From positions 1-64,000 of IMG/VR virus record IMGVR_UViG_3300001605_000008: a stretch of 64,000 nt of DNA; one strand, written 5' to 3'. Below, in pieces: positions 17,567-27,654 of this stretch. The stretch comes from a virus. Within the stretch, counting starts at the first letter, position 1. Each line of letters starts with the position of its first letter. The notes below the pieces were generated by a model. That model was not told the origin of the DNA. It saw nothing but the letters and a program-made list of their open reading frames with translations, and ran no database searches. A program made the translations under genes and the position numbers.

Positions 17567-18023
17567 TGTTGAATCCTCGTGTTTGCCAGTATTTAGCCAG
17601 ATCTACGTATTTGTCTAGGTTCGTTTTCACTGAGTTTAACTGGTCGACTCTGTGGCGTACCTTGATGTCTGCTGCTTGCTGTCGTTCTGGGTTGGTGATA
17701 CGATTGGCTAGACCACGTCTCACAGCGATATCGTTGTCTAGCATGGTTTTTTTGTGGTCCAGCTGGGCTAGAATCATAGCTCGATCGATCTGATGATTTT
17801 TATCAAAGATGCACCAGCTCAAAGCCGTGCGCAGAGATCCAAAAATCCCTAACTCATTGTTGCGCCGTGTGATACGATATACCCCATCACTAGATTGTAT
17901 ATTGTAGATACCAAATACTGTATATCCTGTATCATTGGGGAGGATACACATTTTTTCTAGATCAGGCAAATCCTGGGCCACGATCTTTTCTAACCGGGCC
18001 ATTGCCCGTTGTTGTCTGGTCAT
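17517..18023 (-). CDS. hypothetical protein
   Basis: 168-aa ORF coupled to its neighbours. Confidence 0.65.
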   Translation of the reverse strand: MTRQQRAMARLEKIVAQDLPDLEKMCILPNDTGYTVFGIYNIQSSDGVYRITRRNNELGIFGSLRTALSWCIFDKNHQIDRAMILAQLDHKKTMLDNDIAVRRGLANRITNPERQQAADIKVRHRVDQLNSVKTNLDKYVDLAKYWQTRGFNNETARTGRPTPHRTSR

Positions 18024-18283
18024 TTAAGCACGTGCGTAATCAAGAGATATCCAATAATAGCAAACAATGTTGCAACAAGCCCAGTTCCCCAGGCCATGAC
18101 TTGATTGTTGCGCTTTTCAGCCATATCATGTACCATGTCATGAACTTCTCGGATCACTGCAGACAATCCTGTGATCTTTTCTTCCACTGTTTCCAGCTTG
18201 TCTTCAAGGAAACGATAGCGTTCCGCACACAGCTCCACGTGTGCTTCTAGGCTTTTCTTTTCAATCTCGGTAGTATCACTCAT
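18020..18283 (-). CDS. coiled-coil protein with C-terminal transmembrane helix
   Basis: Heptad pattern followed by WGTGLVATLFAIIGYLLI. Confidence 0.65.
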   Translation of the reverse strand: MSDTTEIEKKSLEAHVELCAERYRFLEDKLETVEEKITGLSAVIREVHDMVHDMAEKRNNQVMAWGTGLVATLFAIIGYLLITHVLK

Positions 18284-18320
18284 GACAACAAATATCCTTT
18301 ATGTTTTTCTTATCGAATAT

Positions 18321-18741
18321 TTAGCGTGATTGTATTTCAAAAACTATGTTGTGATCCGGTTCCAGACATGACGTTTGATTCGTGGTCTCGTCCAGTCCCA
18401 TGATCATGGGTATCCCTTGACAATCAGAACGAAGACTACCTAGTTCTGAATTAGAGTCAGCTATCATGGTAGCATCATCTATGTCAAACTCAAACTGCCA
18501 AGTCTGTATACCATCGTGTGTGCTTTTTACCGGGGTAGTGATGCCAGTAGGCAAGCATCTCAAGGATATCAGTTGATTGATAGTTTCCCAGTTGCGTTGT
18601 TGATTTGCGAGATCGTGTCCATTGTTCAATGTCTGTGATTGCGTTGCCGGCTGAATCATGAAAAGGTATACGATTGGCATTGAAGTTACTGCGTACTCCG
18701 GTGGCTGTGATATCAAAAGTGGTGATGCATTTGATGCGCAT
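18321..18741 (-). CDS. hypothetical protein, +1 frameshift near 18604-18606
   Basis: MRIKCITTFD...WTRSR continues as NQQRNWETINQLISLR if one base is removed; span 421 nt = 3n+1. Confidence 0.6.
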
Positions 18742-18761
18742 GATAGCAGTATTTAACGGCC

Positions 18762-18794
18762 AAAAAAAACCCTGGTACAAAACCAGGGTTTTTT
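18762..18794. terminator. bidirectional intrinsic terminator
   Basis: A8-CCCTGGT-ACAAA-ACCAGGG-T6. Confidence 0.85.
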
Positions 18795-18820
18795 CTGATA
18801 CTAAGTATCTACCGCAGCTA

Positions 18821-19294
18821 TTAAGCCAGCTTGAAGCCAGGCTCTGTAACAGCAGAGTTTGCGATGTTGATACCAGTTACTGTACCGTCGGAGCTGGTGA
18901 TCTGCACGTTGCCCATGGCACGGATCTGTGTCTGGAGGCTGGTTGCATCAAAAGCATCGTTGTTGTAGATCGCATAAGAGATCTGACCGGATGCATCACC
19001 TTCTACCTGATAGATCGCGATGGTTGTGGTCTGCTGGATGTTCTGGTTGATGGCCTGAACGAGACCAGGATAGAATACACCAGCTGTGTAGGAACCCAGC
19101 TCTGTGCGCAGATCAACTGCGGCATTGCCGGAACCTTGGTCACCGTTCACTAGAACTTTGAAAAAGTTCAGCTTGGGACCTTGCATCTGCACCAGCGCAT
19201 CAGTAGAACCGATGTTGCCAGTTTGTGAACCGTTGTTTACGTCAAGCGCGAATACTGGTTGCGCATCACCGTTAAAAGGTGGAAAATAAGCCAT
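18821..19294 (-). CDS. probable highly expressed virion structural protein
   Basis: 157 aa; strong AAGGAG SD; followed by a terminator. Confidence 0.55.
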   Translation of the reverse strand: MAYFPPFNGDAQPVFALDVNNGSQTGNIGSTDALVQMQGPKLNFFKVLVNGDQGSGNAAVDLRTELGSYTAGVFYPGLVQAINQNIQQTTTIAIYQVEGDASGQISYAIYNNDAFDATSLQTQIRAMGNVQITSSDGTVTGINIANSAVTEPGFKLA

Positions 19295-19332
19295 TTTAAA
19301 TCTCCTTGTAAGTGGCCTTGTTGGGCCTACTT

Positions 19333-21202
19333 TTATTTATCCGATTCAGCTAATTCTGGGTTGTTGCGGGCGAAATTGGCCGCTGAAAATCTCATGCGAT
19401 CTACAAACTTCATGCCCTGTCCCACGTAGCCTTCGTGACCGGGTTCATCGTTCACAGACGCCTGTACATCCTGTGCCTGGCTGTCCAACTGGCGCACCAG
19501 ATCATTTTTTAAGGAAGATATGTCCAGGAACGCTTGGAATACCGCGGCCACGGCCTGTTTGTTTTGGGTAGCCCATTCAAATATGCGCGGGGTCTTGGCA
19601 GGCTCACGTTGTTGTACCCAAGAGCCGAATCCCGAGATGAGATTGTCAAAGCTACCGGATCTCACACGGCTGTTGATATAGGTCTTCATCAAAGCAGGTA
19701 GATTGGTGATTTTTCGAGCACGCAGTTCTTGCGGGTTAAACAGCTGATCTATGTCACTGCCATACTGGGCGATGATCTTTTGTACGTCTTTAAGGACTTT
19801 GTCGTTTAACTTGATCTGTCTAGGTTCCCGCAGGCTGGGATCAAGTATCAGCAGGCCGGGACTGTTTTCAAGCGAGACCGCACGTATAGGGGTAACTATG
19901 CCACCCGGAGCATCCAGGGCAGTGTGTATCACGACTCCCACTTCACTGGCTCCGATTTTTTCGCCCAGGTCCGAATCCACGGGCACCCGATATTTCACGG
20001 TATTGGGTGTGAACTCGTAGGCACCGTTGACCACTGGCGGGGTATTGACAAACAACAAGTCACCTTGGATGTATCCCCGGAAGTCCTGAGGTACTGCACG
20101 ACGCAGCATGGGAAACAGTTTACGATAAACTGTTGATCAGTTCGCTGCGTTCTCCGCCACGCTGGCTCATGATCTGCTGGATCATTTCGGGAGATGTGGC
20201 TAGACCATCATAACCTTTGGCCAGGAACCCTGACTTGTCAGTGAGCACGAACTCTCCGGTGGGTTTGCGCCCAAATATGATAGCAGGCTTACCGTCCCAT
20301 TTCACGGTGGTAGCACCGGGTTCCTGGGCCGCGGCCTTGATGCCGGTCAAGGCCTGTGTCAGCCCGCGGCTGCCTAGATCAAATATCATGTCTTCTGGAT
20401 GTTCGATACGTACACCCTCTACTATGACCTGCATGCCTTGATTCACGATACGATCTCGTAATCGCGCCATGACAGACACTTCGTTATACTCTTGATAGAT
20501 TTCAACGTTCTCATCCAGCGGCGTCCCAGCACGCTGCATATGATCCCGGAAGTCTGCCAATTTAGCATCACGTTGGGGATCAGTTTTCAGCGCGGCCATG
20601 ATACGTTCCACAGATGCGAGATCTGCTCGGGTGGCCCGGGGATTCAGCAGCATGCGAGCGATTTCATCCGGGTCGTCGGTGATCAATTTGTTGGTGACGC
20701 GATCAGCGATGCCATCTATCTGATTCAGCTTGTAGCCCATGGTCTTGGCCATGGAGTTGATCAAGACATTTCGACTGGCACCTTTGAAATCGCTCGTGGG
20801 ATCTCCGCGCAAGATCCACTTGGAAAACTCGGGCTTGGGCAGGAACATGAAATCAGTCTGTACAAATCCTTGTCCCGGCTTACCGCCGATGGGTGTAAGT
20901 AAATGCACGGCAGTACCTGATTTCCGAACCCAACCACGAGGATCTTGCCCACGAGATTGGACCATGCTGACTAATTTTTGATAAAAATTTTCTTTGTCAA
21001 CTTTACTGGAATCCACTGCTAGATCCAGATCTCCGGACGAGGGTTTGAGTCCAGTACTGCCCAGCATGTTATCAGCAAGAGACAATCCAGTGATCGTTTC
21101 CAGCCAGCCTACAGTGGGTGCTATATCAGCAAGATTGATCCGCTGGGTGAGTGGTTGTCCTTGTTCATCTTTAAATACGTTGCCGCCTTCGTTAATCTGC
21201 AT
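19333..21202 (-). CDS. Pol-beta nucleotidyltransferase + ligase-type adenylation domain fusion (frameshifted near 20120-20135)
   Basis: GSTG...SGDLDLAV in the N-domain; KWDG, QGDLLF, EGYV, KFV in the C-domain; joined span 1870 nt = 3n+1. Confidence 0.6.
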
Positions 21203-21449
21203 CAGTGCGCCTCACTGAACGAGTGAATTTTCCAGCATCTTTGGTTCGTATGGCATTGAGTAGCTTGCGTACAAGATTTTCGGCTTGATCAGCGGGATAA
21301 CTACGCTCGATTTCTTCCACCAGGCGTACCGCTGACGCGATAACATTTGAAGCACGACTTTCAATGATGTACCGACGATCTCGATCGCTGTTATGTTCGG
21401 TATATATCGCATCTAGTTCTTCTAAAATGCTGCGTGTGCGTTTTTGCAT
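21192..21449 (-). CDS. hypothetical protein
   Basis: 85-aa ORF with CTAAATA late-type motif upstream. Confidence 0.65.
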   Translation of the reverse strand: MQKRTRSILEELDAIYTEHNSDRDRRYIIESRASNVIASAVRLVEEIERSYPADQAENLVRKLLNAIRTKDAGKFTRSVRRTDAD

Positions 21450-21490
21450 GATTTCTCTGGGCCTTCGAATTATTTAGTAACTTTTTGATA

Positions 21491-22885
21491 TCATGCCTGC
21501 TTGATCTGTCCCAGCAGTTGTTTGAGTTTGTTGCTTTGCACTTCTGCAGCGACCTTGGGTGTACTTTCATCTGGTAAAGAATCTGATGTGATTTGGCTCT
21601 TGGCTTTGATTGATTCGTAGATTTTGGATCCTGCAAATCCCCCTTGCTGACTGGCATCTTCCCCTGGATCTGTGATGCGCATGGTTTCGATATTGTATTC
21701 TAGATCGATCTTTTGTCCCACTCCTGTAGAACTACGCGATTTCATACACTGTATCTGATATCGGCCACGCTCCTTCATTGCCCTGCTGGTGAAAATACCA
21801 AACACATTGTCTGCTGTGTTGATCTTGGAGATGCCACCGGAGATATGACTGTGATCAAACTCAATCTCTTCTACTGCTGATCTATTCAACTGCGATGCAG
21901 TGACCATGAGCACTCCCAGTTCCTTGGCTAAATTCCGCAGTTCTTCTGACACATATTTGTCCTTGACAAACAAGTCATTGGGCGATACCTTGGCGCTTAC
22001 TGGCATCAACAAATCTAGATAATCGATCATCACGAAATCTACTTTCTTGCCTGTTTGTATCTGATATTCTTTAAGAAATGCCCGGATATCATTGATGTTT
22101 GATTGTGCCGGAAATCCTTTGACCTGATAGTGCCCGGATTTTTTTGCTACCAGCTTGACCTTGAGTTCAGCAGTATCAATGTCTCGACGTATGTCTTTGG
22201 TGCTCATGTTCGTGAGCATGGCATCTGTACGGAGGCTACAGAGTTCCTCTGAAAGTTCCAGAGTAACGTACACGCCACTGAGTCCTGCTTGTACCCAGTT
22301 CAGCGCGATGTTCATCATCACCAAGCTCTTGCCCGACCCGGATCCGCCGGCAAAAATGTTGAGTTCGCCACGACTAAATCCGCCATACAAGAGTTTGTCT
22401 AGCTGCGGCCATCCTGTTGAAACCTGGCCGCCAGAGTTAAAATACCGGTTGATACGAGCTCGGGGATCGTCCCAATAATCTGTACCCATGTCCTTGGTGA
22501 GAGAGATCTGCACAGCATCCTTGATGAGTTTTTCCACCGGATCAAACTCACCTTTTTCTAACAAGTCTGCGCTTTTAAGGATCGCACGCTCTAGTTCCTG
22601 CCGTCGGGTGAATGCTTCAAACTCTGCCATGAACCAATCAAAGTGACCTTCTGAGAGATCGGGAATCTCTTGCAATTTAATCCCTGTGGCTGCAGAGATC
22701 TGCGCACGATCCGGCATGGTCTTGTGTGAGTCACAATGTTCCCGTATAAACTCGGCTGCAGGCCTAAGGCTGCGATCAAAGTTCTCAGGATTGTAGATGT
22801 TCTGCACACGCACATAGGATGATGCATCCTGCAACATCATTTCCAGGAACAATCTCTGGACCTCAGTGTTGTAATCTTTTAGCAA
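21491..22885 (-). CDS. DnaB-like replicative helicase (gp41-like)
   Basis: Walker A AGGSGSGKS, MIDYLDL, TASQLNR, KSRSS. Confidence 0.95.
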   Translation of the reverse strand: MLKDYNTEVQRLFLEMMLQDASSYVRVQNIYNPENFDRSLRPAAEFIREHCDSHKTMPDRAQISAATGIKLQEIPDLSEGHFDWFMAEFEAFTRRQELERAILKSADLLEKGEFDPVEKLIKDAVQISLTKDMGTDYWDDPRARINRYFNSGGQVSTGWPQLDKLLYGGFSRGELNIFAGGSGSGKSLVMMNIALNWVQAGLSGVYVTLELSEELCSLRTDAMLTNMSTKDIRRDIDTAELKVKLVAKKSGHYQVKGFPAQSNINDIRAFLKEYQIQTGKKVDFVMIDYLDLLMPVSAKVSPNDLFVKDKYVSEELRNLAKELGVLMVTASQLNRSAVEEIEFDHSHISGGISKINTADNVFGIFTSRAMKERGRYQIQCMKSRSSTGVGQKIDLEYNIETMRITDPGEDASQQGGFAGSKIYESIKAKSQITSDSLPDESTPKVAAEVQSNKLKQLLGQIKQA

Positions 22886-23852
22886 GTTGTTTCCTTCTCA
22901 GTTCTATCTTGATTTTACTGGTTTCTCGAGCTTGCATGATAGTTATCAGAGTAGCTAATCGACCAAACTTCTTCACCGCATCGTTGGCATCTTTGACATC
23001 CTCAGGCCAGTCGGGTATGCTTACTGCCCAACCCAGCTCCAGCGCACGATCCACCAACTTCATACCTGCTAGGTCTTGATCCGGCACCACAGTGACTTCA
23101 CGTTCTAGACTGCGTATTAATCTTGCTTGTGCATCATTGATCTCAGCATGCAGCACTGCCAATCCGCTGATAGACAAGGCATCAAATACACCTTCTACCA
23201 CGATCACGTGTTGCCAATCGGAATGCTGTAGATCTGTGCCAAATACATACCCGGGTTGCATGTCATGTATGTATCGAGGATTCTTATCGTCTAGATATCT
23301 GGTGGTATGCCCTACTATACGACCGTCATAGGTAAAAGGTATGATGATGCCGGATCGCGGTGTCCACTTTTCTCCTGGGATGCTTCCTACCATGCCGGTG
23401 GGATAATCCAAGGGCACGTTCCTATCACGGAGATATTGATAGTGTACGGGAGTATTTTCGTCCACTATGATAAATCCTTCGGGCAGCTCGCGGTCTTCAA
23501 ACTGTATGTTTTGTAAAACATTGGCAGTGCGTTGCCGATCGTCCAGGATTCCTTGCACGGATCGATGACGGAGGCTTTCGAGGTTCACCCGCTCAATCTC
23601 TTCTTGGGGTACGTTCAACCACGACAGCAATTTTCTTGCTTTGAATGAGAGATTGCGACCCATGATGAAACTGGCAGTGAACCCGCAGTTGAAACAATGC
23701 CAGGACCATCCTTGGTCCGTGACTTTGATGCCACCGCGTTGCCGTCGATCTGCAGATTCGCCATTGTGGACGCAACATGGCGCATTCACAGATATCCAGC
23801 CCGATGCTGTTTTCTTTTTCTTAGCAGGTAGATAATTGAGTAAGTCGATCAC
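22863..23852 (-). CDS. DNA primase (gp61-like)
   Basis: Zn finger CCVH...HCFNC; TOPRIM VEGVFDAL, PDQD, KDANDA. Confidence 0.93.
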   Translation of the reverse strand: MIDLLNYLPAKKKKTASGWISVNAPCCVHNGESADRRQRGGIKVTDQGWSWHCFNCGFTASFIMGRNLSFKARKLLSWLNVPQEEIERVNLESLRHRSVQGILDDRQRTANVLQNIQFEDRELPEGFIIVDENTPVHYQYLRDRNVPLDYPTGMVGSIPGEKWTPRSGIIIPFTYDGRIVGHTTRYLDDKNPRYIHDMQPGYVFGTDLQHSDWQHVIVVEGVFDALSISGLAVLHAEINDAQARLIRSLEREVTVVPDQDLAGMKLVDRALELGWAVSIPDWPEDVKDANDAVKKFGRLATLITIMQARETSKIKIELRRKQLAKRLQH

Positions 23853-24586
23853 TCAACAAGTATAGCATGATCTATCACAGGAATCAACATGTCTCGGATG
23901 ATCTCGTGTCCTTTTTCGTTGGGATGACCATTGCTGTGTATAAGTTCTCTTTTTTGATTTTCCGGATGATCACGGAAAAACAATATCCAATTGTGATCCG
24001 GCCATGGAATGGTTGATACCGGAATTGGAGATTCAGGCCAGGTAGTATGAAACTGTAACAAAGGCATACCAATCCTCGAGGCCTGGCCATCAAAAAACAA
24101 CACAGTCTGTAGATAATTCAACTTTGATTGTTCCGGACAGGTGGTGAGAGTTATAAATCTCTTGCCCAGATCTCTAAAAGGTTCTGGCACCGTACTGGAG
24201 CCATATTCTATCCACGTGGTGTGTACATAGCAATCCCAGTCTGGTGTTGATTTATTCCTCAGAGGGGCAGGATTATAAAAACTATGACGATCGGGTTCGG
24301 TCAGGAATACCAGGATCAAGCATCGCTGTGGACAAGGTTCTCTCTGTAGCCACCACAGGTAGTTCCATATTGTGCTTTGTAAACTACCACCGGGTATGCC
24401 CAAATTTTCTGTAGGTACACCAAAGTGGTTACCTAACAATCCGAGAAAACAATGACTTTCTCGATATTGGATATTTTGCGTCCAGCTTGGGTGTGTGTCG
24501 GGATCTTCAAGGATCAGAGCAGGATCTACTAACTCATCTCCCCACATCCACGAATCCCCAAATCCAACAATTTTATCAAACTTCAT
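23849..24586 (-). CDS. SGNH-hydrolase-like protein
   Basis: GFGDSW block I and HPNEKGH block V. Confidence 0.6.
   Translation of the reverse strand: MKFDKIVGFGDSWMWGDELVDPALILEDPDTHPSWTQNIQYRESHCFLGLLGNHFGVPTENLGIPGGSLQSTIWNYLWWLQREPCPQRCLILVFLTEPDRHSFYNPAPLRNKSTPDWDCYVHTTWIEYGSSTVPEPFRDLGKRFITLTTCPEQSKLNYLQTVLFFDGQASRIGMPLLQFHTTWPESPIPVSTIPWPDHNWILFFRDHPENQKRELIHSNGHPNEKGHEIIRDMLIPVIDHAILVE
23859..23887 (-). promoter_or_regulatory. sigma70 promoter of primase (probably leaderless)
   Basis: TTGATT-N17-TATACT with extended TG; start codon 6 nt after the -10. Confidence 0.65.
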
Positions 24587-25374
24587 CGATATTGTATATT
24601 GTCAACATTTCCGGAGTTGATACCAAAGTCCAAGCGTAGATAAGGATGATAACCTTCAACATTAATTCCCAGTCTAGTAGTGGCCTGATCAAAGGTGATA
24701 TTGCCAACTGTGTTACCAGTGCGTAGATCTTCAAAGGGTACCTGATACCACTGCACGGTTTCGGCTATGGCATCTGAAGCACCTTCTACCTGGAGGTTCC
24801 CAGTGAGATTGGCTACGTCAATCTGGAACGTGACCTGGCGCCACCCGTCTGTGGTAATGGTGCTAGAATAGTAAACATTGCCTTGCGGTGCTTGTGCAGG
24901 AATAGTGAGTTCTTGGCTGGCCACAAATGCCGGCAACACCGAATCAACTATGTCTATGTCGCCACGAGCACCAGAGTAGTCGTCAGTAAACACTGCTTGA
25001 TTTAAATTGCCTGACACACGTTCCAGGCTCCAGGATGCCGGTTGCGGTTGGAAATAAATGTTGTCAGCAGCAGGGATAGTGATCTTGGCTCTTCCCGTGG
25101 CAGCATTGAGGATTTCTAACTCTCGTGCATACAAAAGATCCTCACCGTTTTCGCTGATGATGCGGAAAACAAAAGTGCTGCCAGAAACGCTCACAGGCTT
25201 CTGATCCTGGTTCTGGAACTGGAATAGTATGACGTTGTCCACGCCAAGGTTGAGTTTTAAATTTTTTGCATACACTGGTTGCCATCTCCGGTCAAATACC
25301 GCACCCACACCTGATATGTCTATCATTAAAACTGATTGGATTTGTTGATATAAATAGGCGGGGGTTGCGTACAT
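24583..25374 (-). CDS. putative virion structural protein (beta-rich)
   Basis: Start MYATPAY after GGAG SD and ATAAATA late motif at 25390-25396. Confidence 0.55.
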   Translation of the reverse strand: MYATPAYLYQQIQSVLMIDISGVGAVFDRRWQPVYAKNLKLNLGVDNVILFQFQNQDQKPVSVSGSTFVFRIISENGEDLLYARELEILNAATGRAKITIPAADNIYFQPQPASWSLERVSGNLNQAVFTDDYSGARGDIDIVDSVLPAFVASQELTIPAQAPQGNVYYSSTITTDGWRQVTFQIDVANLTGNLQVEGASDAIAETVQWYQVPFEDLRTGNTVGNITFDQATTRLGINVEGYHPYLRLDFGINSGNVDNIQYR

Positions 25375-25394
25375 AGTAATCTCCACTGATATTT

Positions 25395-25772
25395 ATGGGT
25401 GATAATATATTCGTCAAACTCTCTGAAAACTACCCTTTCATAACCTTGTGCATCTATGCAGGGGTTGAATACGTGGGTATCATACAAAACCGCGATGACA
25501 CCATCACTACCATCTATGACTTTGGCAGCATACAAGATCCCGAACTCAAAAAGATATTCCTAGAGTTGGCCAATACCTGGTGGTGGGAAAGCAATCGCAG
25601 CATACCCATCAACATCTTCTTACGAGGAGAGTGGGATCAGTTCCGAGATTATCTGCGTACTTTCAGTAATCGAGACTTGGAAGTCATACACGGACCGGTA
25701 TGCAGTCTCAGCGACATTGTGCGCAAAAAAACCAAGAGAAAAGCTATTACTCTAGTGAGAAAAATCGGCTGA
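25395..25772 (+). CDS. hypothetical protein
   Basis: 125-aa ORF divergent from 24583..25374 and convergent with the DnaE-like gene. Confidence 0.65.
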   Translation: MGDNIFVKLSENYPFITLCIYAGVEYVGIIQNRDDTITTIYDFGSIQDPELKKIFLELANTWWWESNRSIPINIFLRGEWDQFRDYLRTFSNRDLEVIHGPVCSLSDIVRKKTKRKAITLVRKIG

Positions 25773-26330
25773 ATCCAAGAGATTCATATGCAACGCTACC
25801 AAGGCTGCGTAGGAAATCGCATGACTGTGCTTGAACACAAATCCACGGCTGTCGTCTCCATCCCATACCGAATCAAAAACTTCGTTCCAGGGCTTGTTTT
25901 GCAAATGTGCTTTTCCTGGTCGAATCACAGATATAAAAGCGGCCATCCTAGGCACAGAATCAGGCTGCATTGACTCTAGCAAATGGGTATAGTTTCCCAC
26001 GTGTACCAATTGGCTGGCCCAGGCAGGATCTTGCCATAATCTTTGCCAGGGTGGTGCTCGGGTCAACATTTCTTGATAATGATCCGGATCCTGTATTAAT
26101 TGATACACTGACATATTGAGGAAATCAATCTTGAAATACCCGCGGGCTTCAGCATCAGCGTAGTCTATAGCAGCACAGCCATGCACGGGATCATGTGGTA
26201 TATCTGTGACGTACACTCCAGAATTATGTCGCCTGGGTTTGCCCTCGTGTGTTTGTCTCGCGGGCACGTGATGGATCAGTTTGAGTATATCCTCACGTTG
26301 TGCTAAATCAATGTCAATGTCTGCGGCCAT
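25752..26330 (-). CDS. minimal DNA polymerase III alpha (DnaE)-like protein
   Basis: ADIDIDL, RHNSGVY, GYFKIDFL, IRPG and FKHSHAISYA match C-family palm and finger motifs. Confidence 0.75.
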   Translation of the reverse strand: MAADIDIDLAQREDILKLIHHVPARQTHEGKPRRHNSGVYVTDIPHDPVHGCAAIDYADAEARGYFKIDFLNMSVYQLIQDPDHYQEMLTRAPPWQRLWQDPAWASQLVHVGNYTHLLESMQPDSVPRMAAFISVIRPGKAHLQNKPWNEVFDSVWDGDDSRGFVFKHSHAISYAALVALHMNLLDSADFSH

Positions 26331-27028
26331 TACCAACCAGCCTTTCCCAGCATCGTCCGGGCATACTCTGTATCAGCTGGATAATCTCGGAATTTTTTTT
26401 GCCAGAAATCACTGTTGATCATGCTCCATGTCATGGCCACTTGTTCTTGGTTAAGATTGCTCAAAAATTCCATGCCCGAATCACAGTTGTATAACGCCCA
26501 GGGAGACACCCGTCCATTGCTGATGGCATAACATATCCGATTGGGATTTCCATAACGTAGATAGTCCCGGTCGGGATTTCCGGTCTCTTCTGACCAGGCG
26601 ATGGATTCCTCCAAGGCCCGACTCAGTGCATCAGCAACAGCTTCTTGCTGTATGTACCATCCGATGTATTCTGTGTAAACACTGTCACGACACCAGTGAT
26701 CTATTTTTTTATTATTTTTCAACAACCACTCAGTGAATCTCGGGACACTGATCGCCCGGACAGCCACACAGTAGCGACCATATTTGACGAACGCTCGATA
26801 ATAAGGACTTTTTGCGAAATCACCAAAGGTCTTTAATTTAGCAGATCCTTGTGTGATTTCGTAAAAGCGCAGATATGATTGCAGACCGATCTGCACCCCT
26901 ACTTCATCACGTTCCTGATGTCTGCGTTTGGGTTCACAAAGATGCACCGCGAGGCTGCTTTCTCTTTGAAAAGATTTTTCACAGTATCTACAGGTGTAGT
27001 CAGTCTTTGTCCGGAGTTCCGTGCTCAC
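26330..27028 (-). CDS. C2H2-type zinc-finger protein
   Basis: YTCRYCEKSF...LAVHLC at the N-terminus. Confidence 0.6.
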   Translation of the reverse strand: MSTELRTKTDYTCRYCEKSFQRESSLAVHLCEPKRRHQERDEVGVQIGLQSYLRFYEITQGSAKLKTFGDFAKSPYYRAFVKYGRYCVAVRAISVPRFTEWLLKNNKKIDHWCRDSVYTEYIGWYIQQEAVADALSRALEESIAWSEETGNPDRDYLRYGNPNRICYAISNGRVSPWALYNCDSGMEFLSNLNQEQVAMTWSMINSDFWQKKFRDYPADTEYARTMLGKAGW

Positions 27029-27446
27029 GCAAATGTTCTCTCAACTGTTTTTTATCCACCATGGTGGCCAGGCATTCAATGTCTGCGATCTTCATGTTAG
27101 GGTACAAGGCCATCAAGGCTTTTTTAATTTCATTGGACCCTGCTTCTTTTTTCTTGGGAGCGATCCAGGGATGGCGATGAGTGCCCATGCCGGGCGACAC
27201 CGAAGTGGCCATGAGCCACTGTAATCCAGGATGTCGATTCACTGCAAAAAAATGTTTGTTCAATCTTTCATTGGCAGCGATCACATAAAATTCTTGCAGC
27301 TCTCTGGGACCTTGCACTGCGCTGCCCCAGCGTATCATGAGATAGTTTGAGAATTTTTTGCGTTCTTCATCCGTGAGATCACTGTAAAAATCTCGATTCT
27401 TGAGATCAAACTGCGCCATCTCATTTTGTATAGAAAGTTTATCCAC
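27000..27446 (-). CDS. putative clamp-loader small subunit (gp62-like)
   Basis: FSNYLMIRW...LQWL...HPWI pattern and replication context; GTG start. Confidence 0.45.
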   Translation of the reverse strand: MDKLSIQNEMAQFDLKNRDFYSDLTDEERKKFSNYLMIRWGSAVQGPRELQEFYVIAANERLNKHFFAVNRHPGLQWLMATSVSPGMGTHRHPWIAPKKKEAGSNEIKKALMALYPNMKIADIECLATMVDKKQLREHLREHGTPDKD

Positions 27447-27648
27447 GTGTGCTATTGAATGTATTGATCGCCGTGCGTAGTTCATTCTGTAGTTTTTTCA
27501 CAGCACGGCGTAGACTAGTGATATCTCGATCTTGCTGCAGGATTTTTTCTTCCAAACGACCGATATCCTGGGACGGTTTGCTGTTGTTCTTGGGAACAAC
27601 CGGCTCAACTGCTGTTGATGCTGGGCGTTCGTGATGATATTGTGTCAT
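27439..27648 (-). CDS. small coiled-coil protein
   Basis: 69 aa with heptad repeat. Confidence 0.55.
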   Translation of the reverse strand: MTQYHHERPASTAVEPVVPKNNSKPSQDIGRLEEKILQQDRDITSLRRAVKKLQNELRTAINTFNSTRG

Positions 27649-27654
27649 ATTGTT

